A DNA stretch of 64,000 nt, from NCBI GenBank assembly GCA_047459075.1, contig VSCH01000001.1:21645-85644 (forward strand). The letters run 5' to 3'. Source of the DNA: Acidimicrobiia bacterium (lineage in GTDB: Bacteria; Actinomycetota; Acidimicrobiia; Acidimicrobiales; VFJN01). A program made the position numbers and the translations under genes. Of the stretch, positions 21,841-31,145 are shown one piece after another. The stretch's first letter is position 1; the number at the start of each line of letters is the position of its first letter. A model generated the notes under the pieces. The model saw only the letters and a program-made list of their open reading frames with translations. It did not search any database and was not told where the DNA came from.

Positions 21841-23424
21841 TCAGGCCGGGGCGCCGAGGGGCTCGGGCTCGGCGCCGGCGCGTGCGACCACCGCCACCGG
21901 CCGGTCGAGCGCCTCGGACAGCAGGGCGCTGCGGGCGTTGGCCGCGTAGAGCTCGAGCGACACGTCCTGCCCCTCGGCCGGCACGGCCTCGACGACCAGC
22001 CGGTCGCCGTCGGTGCGGGCGCCCACCGCGGCGACCCGGGCGCCGTGGTTGCGGTCGAGGCCGACCGCGACCCGCAGCAGGCCGGCCAGCACCCGGACGC
22101 GGCGCTGGTCCTCGGGGGCGAGCGCGGCGAACTCCGGGTGCTTCCGCTTCGGGTGCGACTTGCGGTGGTAGCGGGCCACGAGGGCGATGAGCTCGATCTC
22201 GTGGTCGGTGAAGCCGAGGAGGAGCTCGCTGTTGCGGATCAGGTAGTAGCTGTGCCTGTGGTGCCCGGCGTGCGACACGAACAGGCCGACGTTGGCGAGC
22301 AGCGCGGCGGCGTGGAGCACCTCCCGGCTGTCGTCACCCAGCCCGTGCAGCCCGGCGGTGGCGTCGAACAGCTGGAGGGCCAGGTCGGCGACCTGCGCCG
22401 AGTGGGCCGGGTCCTCGTCCATGCGCCCGGCGAGCTGCAGCACGCTGCGCCGGCGCAAGTCGGAGAGGTGGTGGAGCGAGCCGCCGTGCCGGCGGCGCCA
22501 GGTGTCGAGCAGCACGCCCTCGCGCAGGGCGTTGGACGAGAAGGTGACCTCGCCGACGTCGAGGACGTGCATCACCTGCTCGAGGATCAGCGAGCCGCCG
22601 AGGATGATGTCGGCCCGGCGGGCGTCGAGGCCGGGGATGCGGGCCCGCTCCTTCGCGGTCGGCGCCTTCAGCAGCCGCCGCACGACCTCGTCGACGTCGT
22701 CCCGGGAGACGGTCGTGGCGTTGAGCGTCCGGGGCGGCGGGCGGCCGTCGCGCGCCGCCGCCCGGGCGGCGGCCATCGCCACGATCGTCTCGATGGTCCC
22801 GGACGACCCGACGAAGACCTCGAACCCGGCCCGCCGCAGCCGGGGCGCGACCGGCGCCAGCAGCGCCTGCACGTCGCGGCGGCACGCCTCGACCCCCCGC
22901 TTCGACACCCGGCCGCCGGGGAAGTGCCGCTGGGTCAGGCGGATGGCGCCCATCTTCAGGCTGCGCGAGGTCAGCACGTCGGTGCCGACGCCGACGACCA
23001 GCTCGGTCGAGCCCCCGCCGATGTCGCACACGAGGACCCGTCGGTCGAACACCGGCACGGCCCGCAGCACCCCGAGGTGGATCAGCCGGGCCTCCTCGAA
23101 CCCGGAGATGACGTCGACCTCGACGCCGACGGCCCGGGCCCGCTCGAGGAACTCGTCCCGGTTCTCGGCCTCGCGCACGGCGGAGGTCGCCACCGCCCGC
23201 ACGGGCGCGCCGTGGATGGCCGCCACCTGGGCGAACCGGCGCAGCGCGGCGATGCCCCGGTCGATGGCGTCGGGGGCTAGGCGCTTCATGTCGCCGGCGG
23301 ACGACCCGAGCCGCACCATCTCGCGCTCGCTCTCGAGCACGTCGAGGCGGTCGTCGTCGACGCGGGCCACGACGAGGTGCACCGAGTTGGTGCCGATGTC
23401 GATGGCCGCGAGCGTGGCGCTCAC
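21841..23424 (-). CDS. Ppx/GppA-family phosphatase with C-terminal HD domain
   Basis: AAIDIGTNSVHLVVARV, DIGGGSTE and FVGSSGT ASKHA motifs, plus an HD-type C-terminal domain (HHRHSYYLI). Start set at GTG 23424. Confidence 0.85.
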   Translation of the reverse strand: MSATLAAIDIGTNSVHLVVARVDDDRLDVLESEREMVRLGSSAGDMKRLAPDAIDRGIAALRRFAQVAAIHGAPVRAVATSAVREAENRDEFLERARAVGVEVDVISGFEEARLIHLGVLRAVPVFDRRVLVCDIGGGSTELVVGVGTDVLTSRSLKMGAIRLTQRHFPGGRVSKRGVEACRRDVQALLAPVAPRLRRAGFEVFVGSSGTIETIVAMAAARAAARDGRPPPRTLNATTVSRDDVDEVVRRLLKAPTAKERARIPGLDARRADIILGGSLILEQVMHVLDVGEVTFSSNALREGVLLDTWRRRHGGSLHHLSDLRRRSVLQLAGRMDEDPAHSAQVADLALQLFDATAGLHGLGDDSREVLHAAALLANVGLFVSHAGHHRHSYYLIRNSELLLGFTDHEIELIALVARYHRKSHPKRKHPEFAALAPEDQRRVRVLAGLLRVAVGLDRNHGARVAAVGARTDGDRLVVEAVPAEGQDVSLELYAANARSALLSEALDRPVAVVARAGAEPEPLGAPA

Positions 23425-23488
23425 ACCACACACTCTCGCGGACGCAGGGCCGGAAGGCGACGATGCCGCGCCGTCTAACCTCGTCGCC

Positions 23489-23785
23489 ATGGCCAAGCCT
23501 GCCAAGCGCCGCGTCAAGGGCGGCGGCCGCGTGACGCCGAAGGCGCGCCCCGCGCGGACCGACACGCCCACCCCGTCGGGCCGCTACACACCGCCGATCC
23601 CCCGCGAGCAGCGCTCCAGCCCGGCGTGGGTGCCGGTGACGATGTTCTCGCTGCTCGTCCTCGGCCTGGTCGTGATCTTCCTCAACTACCTCGACGTGCT
23701 GCCGGGCGGGATGAGCAACGCGTACCTCGGCGTCGGCCTCCTGGCCATCTGCGGCGGCATCATCACCGCCACGCAGTACCGCTGA
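23489..23785 (+). CDS. crgA: Cell-division membrane protein CrgA
   Basis: 98 aa. Basic N-terminus (MAKPAKRRVKGGGRVTPK), two TM helices, and C-terminal ...GGIITATQYR, as in actinobacterial CrgA. Confidence 0.8.
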   Translation: MAKPAKRRVKGGGRVTPKARPARTDTPTPSGRYTPPIPREQRSSPAWVPVTMFSLLVLGLVVIFLNYLDVLPGGMSNAYLGVGLLAICGGIITATQYR

Positions 23786-23936
23786 CGGCTCCGCAGCGTG
23801 GCCGTACGCGCGCGATCCGGTGACGCGGATGTGACCGAAGTTACATCGATGTTACGCGTCCCCAGGCTTGTCCACAGGGTGTGAGGAAACCTGGCACCCG
23901 AGCTGCCGGCGCGAGCGGCCGGCGGTCGGCGAGCGG

Positions 23937-24278
23937 TCAGTCGCTCACCGAGACGAGGTCCATGTCCTCCATGCAGTGCCGCGGCGGCTCGGGGTCCTCG
24001 GCGTTGGCGGTCGTCATCCGCACCTCGGTGCCACACAGCGAGCACCGGTAGAGCAGGCGCACCTTGCGGAGCTCGCCGGGCGGCGGGGGCTCGGGCGGCG
24101 GCGTCGCCAGGCCGCCCAGCACGGCGAACCCGAGCTTGAGGATGACCCAGCCGGCCACGACCGCCAGCGCGACGGCCAGCGGGCTGGCCCGGGTGAGCAG
24201 CCACGCGGCGACGCCCGCGACGGCCAGGGTGGCCACGGTCGGCCACGTGATCCTCGGACGTCGGCGGGCGTCGGCCAC
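23937..24278 (-). CDS. Small membrane protein with C-terminal Cys/His zinc-ribbon-like motif (hypothetical)
   Basis: GTG start, about 113 aa. Two TM helices, a Pro-rich linker (PPPEPPPPGE), then RCSLCGTEV...PPRHCMED. Lies 62 nt downstream of the S15 peptidase gene on the same strand. Confidence 0.5.
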   Translation of the reverse strand: MADARRRPRITWPTVATLAVAGVAAWLLTRASPLAVALAVVAGWVILKLGFAVLGGLATPPPEPPPPGELRKVRLLYRCSLCGTEVRMTTANAEDPEPPRHCMEDMDLVSVSD

Positions 24279-24340
24279 GCGGCCATCGTAGGGCGGGGCC
24301 ACCGGCGTCCCGCACCTGCCGGGCCCCGCCCCGCGACGCC

Positions 24341-26758
24341 TCAGGCGGCCATGTTGTCGGTGGGCACGAACGGCCGGCACGCCTGGCCCCGCAGGCCGGG
24401 GCAGGGCGCCGGCTCGACCGCCGGCACGTCGACCCCCTCCAGGCGGGACAGCACCAGCGCCGACGGCATCGACGCGCTGCGGGCCACCCGGTGGGTCGGG
24501 ACCGTGCCATCGTCGGGGTTGGCGAACTCCCACGTCGCGTGGTTGCGGCCCGGCGTGGCGATGCTCAGCCGGAGCCGGGAGCCGGCCCGGAAGGCGTGGG
24601 CGAACGACGGGATGTCGATGCGGGCCCGCACGAAGCGGCCCGGCCGCAGCGGCTCGTAGGCGTCCTCGGTGAACCGGTGCACGACCTCGAGGCCGTCGCT
24701 GCGGCGGCGGTCCTCGGCCCGGTGGCCGATGTCGAGCCAGCCGTTCTGCACCAGGTACTCGGTGCCGTCGGGCCGCACCTCGGACACCGACACCTGGACG
24801 TGCACGTCGGAGGCGTCGGACGCGACGTAGAGGTCGGCGACCGCGGGCCCGGCGAAGACCGTGTCCTCCTCGAACGGCGCGGTCAGGTAGGACAGCTCCT
24901 CCCCCGGCTCGAACCGCGTCCACTCCATGGTGTCCCACAGCCGGGCCATGAGCGGGTAGCGACCGGTCCCGCCGAACAGCGTCGAGCCCCCGGCGTCGGG
25001 GTCGAAGCGGAAGCCGTCGGTGCCGCCGCTCCGCCCCCGGGGACGCTCGGGCGTCAGGGTCTCGTCGGGCCCGAGGTAGAAGGTCGTCTCCTCGGCGGCC
25101 GGGGGCGGCCAGGAGTCGAAGGTCAGCTCGAAGGTGCCGCCGGGCTCGCCGATCTCGTTGGCGCCGATGCCGCTCTCGAACATGACCCGCACCGGGTCCT
25201 CGGCCTCGTAGGCGGCCCGGGCGGCCTCGACGTCGTCGCCGAGGTGGGCGAACCGGTCGGGCGGCAGCTCGACGTCGGCGAGGTCGAACTGGTCGGCGAG
25301 GATCGGCGGCAGCGCGGCCCGCAGCAGCGGGTGCAGGCGCGGGACCCGGTCGGCGACGTACAGCTCGAGGAACTCGAACCAGGACATGACGTTGGCCGGG
25401 CCGTAGCCGTCGGGGTGGCGGCCGTTCCAGAGGTTGACCCGCAGCACCTCGGCGTCGTGGAACTCGTCGAGCATGGCGGTGAACTGCGGGCCGGTCTGCT
25501 CGTCCTGGAAGGCGCCGGTGATGAAGACCGGCGCCTCGATGTCGGGCACGAGCCGGCGCAGGTCCCGGGCGGCGGCCGCGTCGTTGTAGGCGGACAGCGC
25601 CTTGACCATGGACTCGAAGTCCGGGTTCTGCGCCCGCAGCACCTGGTGGGCGGCGCAGGTCTCGTCGCCCGCCGCGATCCGCTGCTCGACCCAGTCGGTC
25701 CCGCCCGGCGCGGCGGCGGCCTCCCGCTCCCGGATCCACTGCTCGGTGAAGCCGGAGTTGTAGATCCCGCCCGGCCAGGCCTGCAGCCACGGGTCGGCGA
25801 TGACGGACTGGGGCGTGATCGCGGCGAGGTGCGGCGGGTTGGTGGCGGCGGTGTAGAGCTGGCTGATGCCGGAGTAGGACAGGCCGACCATGCCGACCTT
25901 GCCGCCCTTCACCCACGGCTGGCGGGCGACGATCTCGACGATGTCGTAGCCGTCGGCCATCTGGGCGGGGTTGAAGATGTCGAAGACCCCGCCGGAGCAG
26001 CCGGTCCCCCGCATGTTGACGGCCACGGTCGCGTAGCCGAAGCCCCGGGCGAGCCGGACGCCGGGCTCCTCGGAGGCCGGGTTGGAGGGCCCGTAGCCCG
26101 AGTACTCGATGACCGTCGGCCAGGGGCCGGGGCCGTAGATCGACTCGTCGGGGAAGCGCACCATGGCGCTGAGCAGCACGCCGTCCCGCATCTCGAGGTA
26201 CTGGAAGCCGTCCTCGAGGCTGGAGCCGGGCTTCGGGTTGCCGAGCACGTCGAGCCGGGCGCCGGTCAGCTCCTGGCGCTCGTAGAGCGACGGGTCGGGC
26301 AGGTCGTCCCGGCTGCCCACCGTGATGACGGGCGAGGCGAGGCGGGGCTCGGCGGTCTCGTCGATGATCACGTAGCGGCCGGGCTCGACGACCGAGCCGC
26401 CGACGACGTCGAGCTCGGAGAAGTCGAGGTCGGGCCCCGACTGCAGGGTCGTGTGCCGGGGCGGGACGTAGGCGAAGTGGGCCTGCCCGTGCTCGTCGGC
26501 CAGCAGGGTGAGCAGCTTGCGCCGGCCGGGCCCGTAGAGGGTGAGCGGCTGGCCGGGCTCGGCGCCGGTGACCGTGATCTGCTCGACGCCGGGCCGGACC
26601 TCCCAGGGCGCCTCCTCGGTGCCGCGCAGCAGCGAGGCGAAGCCGCCGGGGCGGTCGTCGTGGTCGACCGGCCACGGCGGCCGGCAGGCCGCCACGCTCG
26701 CCGCCGTGGCCAGCACCAGCACCACGGCCGTGGCCCGCGACCACCGCAGTCGTCCCAT
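24341..26758 (-). CDS. CocE/NonD-family hydrolase (S15 X-Pro dipeptidyl-peptidase-like), secreted lipoprotein
   Basis: Lipobox LATAASVAAC. Catalytic region GYATVAVNMRGTGCSGG...VGMVGLSYSGISQ. GAGGAGGGGGA RBS precedes ATG 26758. Confidence 0.8.
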   Translation of the reverse strand: MGRLRWSRATAVVLVLATAASVAACRPPWPVDHDDRPGGFASLLRGTEEAPWEVRPGVEQITVTGAEPGQPLTLYGPGRRKLLTLLADEHGQAHFAYVPPRHTTLQSGPDLDFSELDVVGGSVVEPGRYVIIDETAEPRLASPVITVGSRDDLPDPSLYERQELTGARLDVLGNPKPGSSLEDGFQYLEMRDGVLLSAMVRFPDESIYGPGPWPTVIEYSGYGPSNPASEEPGVRLARGFGYATVAVNMRGTGCSGGVFDIFNPAQMADGYDIVEIVARQPWVKGGKVGMVGLSYSGISQLYTAATNPPHLAAITPQSVIADPWLQAWPGGIYNSGFTEQWIREREAAAAPGGTDWVEQRIAAGDETCAAHQVLRAQNPDFESMVKALSAYNDAAAARDLRRLVPDIEAPVFITGAFQDEQTGPQFTAMLDEFHDAEVLRVNLWNGRHPDGYGPANVMSWFEFLELYVADRVPRLHPLLRAALPPILADQFDLADVELPPDRFAHLGDDVEAARAAYEAEDPVRVMFESGIGANEIGEPGGTFELTFDSWPPPAAEETTFYLGPDETLTPERPRGRSGGTDGFRFDPDAGGSTLFGGTGRYPLMARLWDTMEWTRFEPGEELSYLTAPFEEDTVFAGPAVADLYVASDASDVHVQVSVSEVRPDGTEYLVQNGWLDIGHRAEDRRRSDGLEVVHRFTEDAYEPLRPGRFVRARIDIPSFAHAFRAGSRLRLSIATPGRNHATWEFANPDDGTVPTHRVARSASMPSALVLSRLEGVDVPAVEPAPCPGLRGQACRPFVPTDNMAA

Positions 26759-26891
26759 CCGATCCCCCTCCTCGAGCACCGCCTGTGGCACGCCCCCGGT
26801 GCGCGCCACGTCTCGTGGGCAAACCCTAGAGCACAAAGCTGCACGGTGCGTGCGACAACTTTGCCCGGCGATCGCGCCGGGCCCGGGCGCG

Positions 26892-26926
26892 CCGACGGGG
26901 CGCCGGTCGGATCGGCGCCCCGTCGG
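26892..26926 (-). terminator. Strong hairpin downstream of the thiolase gene
   Basis: Perfect 13-bp stem CCGACGGGGCGCC / GGCGCCCCGTCGG with a 9-nt loop, 64 nt past the thiolase stop. Confidence 0.5.
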
Positions 26927-26989
26927 AGGCGAGCGGGGGTCCCGGGCCGGCGGGTGGCCGGCGCGGGACCGCGCGTCGAGCGGGCGGCG

Positions 26990-28186
26990 TCAGCCGAGGC
27001 GCTCGATGATGGTGGCGTTGGCCATGCCACCGCCCTCGCACATCGTCTGCAGGCCGTAGCGCCCACCGGTGCGCTCGAGCTCGTTGAGCAGGGTGGCCAG
27101 CAGCTTCGTGCCCGAGCACCCGAGCGGGTGGCCGAGGGCGATGGCGCCGCCGTTGACGTTGGTCTTGGCCGGGTCGGCGCCGGTCTCCTTGAACCAGGCC
27201 AGGACCACCGAGGCGAAGGCCTCGTTGACCTCGAACAGGTCGATGTCGTCGACGGTCAGGCCGGCCTTCTCGAGCGCCTTGGCGGTGGCGGGGATGGGCC
27301 CGGTGAGCATGGTCACCGGGTCGACGCCCGCGAGGGCGAAGGTGTGGAACCGGGCCCGGGGCGTGAGGCCGAGCTCGTTGGCCTTCTCCTCGCTCATGAT
27401 GAGCGCGGCGGAGGCGCCGTCGGTGATCTGGCTCGAGTTGCCGGCCGTCACCTTGCCGTCGGGCTTGAAGGCCGGCTTCAGCTTGGCCAGCGCCTCCATG
27501 GTGGTGTCCTCCCGGATGCCCTCGTCCCGGGTGACCAGCTCGTCGGTCTCGGTGATCTCGCCGGTGTCCTTGTCGCGGTGGATCGCCCGCACCGGGACGA
27601 TCTCGTTCTCGAACCGGCCCTCCCGGGTGGCCTGCGCGGCCCGGCGCTGGCTCTCGAGGCCGTAGGCGTCGAGGTCCTCGCGGGTGAGCCCCCACTTGTC
27701 GGCGATCATCTCCGCCGAGATCCCCTGGGGGACGAGCCCGCCGACGTCCTTGTAGCGGTCGGTCACCCGGGGCCCGAAGGGGAAGCCGAACTTGCCGTCG
27801 CCGATCGAGGCGCCCATCGGCACCTGGCTCATGACCTCGACGCCGGCGGCGACGACGACGTCGTGGGCACCGGACATGACGGCCTGGGCGGCGAAGTGCG
27901 CCGCCTGCTGCGACGAGCCGCACTGGCGGTCGACGGTGGTGGCGGGGATGTCCTCGGGCCAGCCGGCGGCCAGCACGGCGTTGCGGCCGATGTTCAGCGA
28001 CTGGGCCCCGGCCTGCATGACGCAGCCCATGATGACGTCCTCGACGAGCATGGGATCGAGGTCGTTGCGCTGCACCAGGGCGTTGAGGACCTCGGCGGCG
28101 AGGTCGGCCGGGTGCCAGCCGGAGAGCTTGCCGTTGCGCTTGCCCCCGGCGGTGCGGACGGCGTCGACGATCACGGCGGTGGGCAT
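26990..28186 (-). CDS. Acetyl-CoA C-acyltransferase (thiolase)
   Basis: MPTAVIVDAVRTAGGKR..., active-site region QCGSSQQA, NEAFASVVLAW, GGAIALGHPLGCSG, CEGGGMANA. Confidence 0.9.
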   Translation of the reverse strand: MPTAVIVDAVRTAGGKRNGKLSGWHPADLAAEVLNALVQRNDLDPMLVEDVIMGCVMQAGAQSLNIGRNAVLAAGWPEDIPATTVDRQCGSSQQAAHFAAQAVMSGAHDVVVAAGVEVMSQVPMGASIGDGKFGFPFGPRVTDRYKDVGGLVPQGISAEMIADKWGLTREDLDAYGLESQRRAAQATREGRFENEIVPVRAIHRDKDTGEITETDELVTRDEGIREDTTMEALAKLKPAFKPDGKVTAGNSSQITDGASAALIMSEEKANELGLTPRARFHTFALAGVDPVTMLTGPIPATAKALEKAGLTVDDIDLFEVNEAFASVVLAWFKETGADPAKTNVNGGAIALGHPLGCSGTKLLATLLNELERTGGRYGLQTMCEGGGMANATIIERLG

Positions 28187-28256
28187 GGGTGGCTCCTTCT
28201 GTCTCGCCCCTCCCGGGAGCCCCCGGACGGGGTCACCTGGCCAGCGGGGTGGCGCA

Positions 28257-28274
28257 CTTGACCGTTCGGTCAAG
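28257..28274. promoter_or_regulatory. Perfect 18-bp palindrome in the thiolase/acyl-CoA-ligase divergent intergenic region (candidate operator)
   Basis: CTTGACCGTTCGGTCAAG, centred about 70 nt from both start codons. Confidence 0.45.
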
Positions 28275-28332
28275 CCAGTCTGCCCAGCAGGGAGGGCCCG
28301 CGCAACCGCCGCCCGCACTAGCCTTATGGCGC

Positions 28333-30180
28333 ATGTCACAGGTCGGGAAGGGAGGGCCGATCGTGGAGACCGCACCCCGCACGAGCACCGCCGAGGTCAT
28401 CGACGCCGAGGTGGCCGGCCAGACGGTCCTCGGCCGCTGGCTCGACACGGTCGACGCCCACCCCGACCTCGTGGCGCTGCGCGAGCGCGACGGCGACGGC
28501 TGGCGCGAGATCACCTTCGCCCAGCTGGCCGACCAGGTGGCCCGCACCGCGGCCGGCATGCGGGCGCTCGGCGTCGGCCCCGGCGACCGGGTCGTGCTCA
28601 TGATGCGCAACATCCCGGAGTTCCACGTCGTCGACCTGGCGGCGCTGAGCTGCGGGGCCACGCCGATCTCGATCTACAACTCCTCCTCGGCCGAGCAGGT
28701 CGCCTACCTCGTCGGCCACAGCCGGGCCAAGCTGGCCGTCGTCGAGGACCCGGGCTTCGCCGAGCGGTTCACCGCGGTGCGCGACCACCTGCCCCTGCTC
28801 GAGCACGTCGTCGTGCTGCGCGACGCCGGCCGGGCCCCCGGCGACGTCCTGGCCGGCGACGTGCTGACCGACGGGCAGCAGCCGATCGACCTGCGGGACT
28901 CGGCGGCGGCGCTGACCCCCGAGTCGCTGGCCACGGTCATCTATACCTCGGGCACGACCGGCCCGCCGAAGGGCGTCATGCTCACCCACCGCAACGTGGT
29001 GTGGACGGTGCAGGGCTACTTCCACCTCGTCGGCATCGACCCGGCCGGCTTCCGCACCATCTCGTACCTGCCGATGGCGCACGTCGCCGAGCGGATGGTC
29101 AGCCACTACATGGCGGCGATCGGCGGCTTCCAGGTCACCTGCTGCCCCGACCCCGGCCAGCTCGCCGCCTTCTGCCGCGAGGTGCGCCCCCAGACGCTCT
29201 TCGGCGTCCCCCGGGTGTGGGAGAAGTTCCACGCCGGCGTGCAGGCGGCGCTGGCCGCCGACCCCGAGAGGAAGAAGCGGTTCGACGACGCCGTCGCCGC
29301 GGCCGAGCCGATCGTCGAGCGGCGCACGGCGGGCACCGCCACCGAGGAGGACGAGTCCACCTGGGCCTTCCTCGACGAGGTCGCGTTCCGCCCGGTCCGC
29401 GAGATGCTCGGCTTCGACCAGCTGCGCTTCGCCGTGACCGGCGCCGCGCCCATCCCGGCCGAGCTCATCCGCTGGTTCCGGGCCATCGGCGTGCCCATGT
29501 CGGAGGTCTACGGCCTGTCCGAGACCACCGGGCCCATGACGTGGGACCCCTACGAGGTGCGCGTCGGCACCGTCGGCCGGGCCTTCCCCGGCGTCGAGGT
29601 GTTCCTGGCCGACGACGGCGAGGTGCTGTGCCGGGGCGGCAACGTCTTCGCCGGCTACCTCGACGACCCCGACAAGACGGCCGAGGCGCTCGAGCCCGAC
29701 GGCACGTTCCACTCGGGCGACGTCGGCGTCATCGACGAGGACGGCTACCTGCGCATCATCGACCGCAAGAAGGAGCTGATCATCACCGCCGGGGGCAAGA
29801 ACGTCAGCCCCGCCAACCTCGAGGCGGCGATGAAGACCATCCCCGCCATCGGGCAGGCGTGCGCCGTCGGCGACCGCAAGCCGTTCGTCGCCGCCCTCGT
29901 CGTGCTCGACCCGGAGATGGCGCCGGGCTGGTTCGCCGAGCGGGGCATCGAGGCCGGCTCGCTCGCCGAGCTCGCCACCGACCCCCGGGCGCAGGCCGAG
30001 CTGCAGAAGGCGGTCGACGAGGTGATGACCCGGTTCGCCACCGCCGAGCGGGTGCGGAAGATCGCCGTGCTGCCCGACGAGTGGCTGCCCGACAGCGACG
30101 AGCTGACGCCGACCTCGAAGCTCAAGCGGCGCACCATCCTGGCCAAGTACGCCGAGCAGATCGAGGCGCTCTACGCCTGA
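28333..30180 (+). CDS. Long-chain-fatty-acid--CoA ligase (AMP-dependent synthetase)
   Basis: AMP-binding motif YTSGTTGPPKGVMLTHRN, GTFHSGDVGVIDEDGYLRIIDRKKELIITAGGKNVSP, and C-terminal ELTPTSKLKRR. An alternative GTG start lies at 28363. Confidence 0.85.
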   Translation: MSQVGKGGPIVETAPRTSTAEVIDAEVAGQTVLGRWLDTVDAHPDLVALRERDGDGWREITFAQLADQVARTAAGMRALGVGPGDRVVLMMRNIPEFHVVDLAALSCGATPISIYNSSSAEQVAYLVGHSRAKLAVVEDPGFAERFTAVRDHLPLLEHVVVLRDAGRAPGDVLAGDVLTDGQQPIDLRDSAAALTPESLATVIYTSGTTGPPKGVMLTHRNVVWTVQGYFHLVGIDPAGFRTISYLPMAHVAERMVSHYMAAIGGFQVTCCPDPGQLAAFCREVRPQTLFGVPRVWEKFHAGVQAALAADPERKKRFDDAVAAAEPIVERRTAGTATEEDESTWAFLDEVAFRPVREMLGFDQLRFAVTGAAPIPAELIRWFRAIGVPMSEVYGLSETTGPMTWDPYEVRVGTVGRAFPGVEVFLADDGEVLCRGGNVFAGYLDDPDKTAEALEPDGTFHSGDVGVIDEDGYLRIIDRKKELIITAGGKNVSPANLEAAMKTIPAIGQACAVGDRKPFVAALVVLDPEMAPGWFAERGIEAGSLAELATDPRAQAELQKAVDEVMTRFATAERVRKIAVLPDEWLPDSDELTPTSKLKRRTILAKYAEQIEALYA

Positions 30181-31145
30181 GGGCCGGCGCCCGCCCCGGC
30201 CGGGTCGGCGTCACCGGCGCCCGTCGTGCCGGTGCGCGGGTCGCCGCCGGTGTCGCCGACCCCGCCCACGGCGGTCGGGTCGCGCAGCGCCGAGCGGCAC
30301 ACCTCGGCCTCCGACACCGTCGTCCACGGCGGGTGGGGCGCGCCGTCCTCGCCCCGCACGTGCACGAACGCGACGACGCCGCCGTCCCGGCTCACCTGCA
30401 CGACCGGGTCCGCGGTGGCGTCGCCCAGCCGCTGGGCCCGGTACCCCCGCACGGCGGTGACGAGGACGTCCCCGCTCCCACCGGCGAGGTGGTCGTCCAG
30501 GGCGGCGCGGGCGGCGACGACGATGTCCTGCGTCACCGGCGCCACCGGCAGGTCGCGCAGCACGACGGCGTCGTCCTCCTCGCAGTCCAGCGCCGGCTCG
30601 GTGTAGTGGCCGCCGGGGTCGACGAGGTCGACCCGCCGGCGCTGCATGACGCCGTCGATCGAGCACCCGATCGTGAGCTGGCCCGGCGGGACCGGCTGGC
30701 GGACGGCGTGGACGCCGGGGTCGAGCACGATCTCGCCGGACGACCACCGGTCGGACTCGACCACGAGCGTCGTCGGGATCGCCTGCGTGTTGTGGACCCG
30801 GATGTGGAGCCCGTCGACGCGCGACTGCACCGAGGCGACCGGGACGTCGATGCCCATCGGCGTGCAGTGGACCTCGACGGTGCGCGGCACCTCGACCGTC
30901 CGCCCACGGGGCGGCGCCGACTCGGAGGCGGTGACCGACGCGCGGTCGCCGGCCGTGTCCTCCGAGATCAGCGCCGCCCCGGCGGCCAGCACCGCCAGCG
31001 CCGCCGCCGCAGCGACAGCTCCACGGCGGCGGCGCAGCCGGCGGTGCCGGCGGTCGGCGACCCGCTCGAGGCCGTCCTCGGGCGGATCGCCGGCGGCTGA
31101 TGCGATGCGTTCGAGCCGGGACCGGAGGTCGGGGTCATCGCTCAC
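30171..31145 (-). CDS. Putative anti-sigma factor / membrane protein with uncharacterised extracytoplasmic domain
   Basis: Short cytoplasmic N-terminus, a single TM (AVAAAAALAVLAAGAALI), and an 11-nt overlap with the upstream ECF sigma gene. Confidence 0.5.
   Translation of the reverse strand: MSDDPDLRSRLERIASAAGDPPEDGLERVADRRHRRLRRRRGAVAAAAALAVLAAGAALISEDTAGDRASVTASESAPPRGRTVEVPRTVEVHCTPMGIDVPVASVQSRVDGLHIRVHNTQAIPTTLVVESDRWSSGEIVLDPGVHAVRQPVPPGQLTIGCSIDGVMQRRRVDLVDPGGHYTEPALDCEEDDAVVLRDLPVAPVTQDIVVAARAALDDHLAGGSGDVLVTAVRGYRAQRLGDATADPVVQVSRDGGVVAFVHVRGEDGAPHPPWTTVSEAEVCRSALRDPTAVGGVGDTGGDPRTGTTGAGDADPAGAGAGPQA

Noticed and set aside
23868-23876. Perfect DnaA box TTGTCCACA as evidence for oriC.
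   Set aside because: It is a single box, with at most one weak neighbour. There is no dnaA/dnaN, no AT-rich unwinding element and no box cluster. One 9-mer match in 64 kb on both strands is roughly expected by chance.
26835-26862. A third HAIR-like element (coding strand AAAGTTG-N14-CAGCTTT, followed by TAGGGT) about 75-100 nt upstream of the S15 peptidase gene.
   Set aside because: The spacing is one nt longer than at clpB/dnaK, one arm has a mismatch, and the inner HAIR core (TTGAG/CTCAA) is absent. It is more likely an ordinary promoter-proximal hairpin. It deserves inclusion only if a genome-wide PWM scan supports it.
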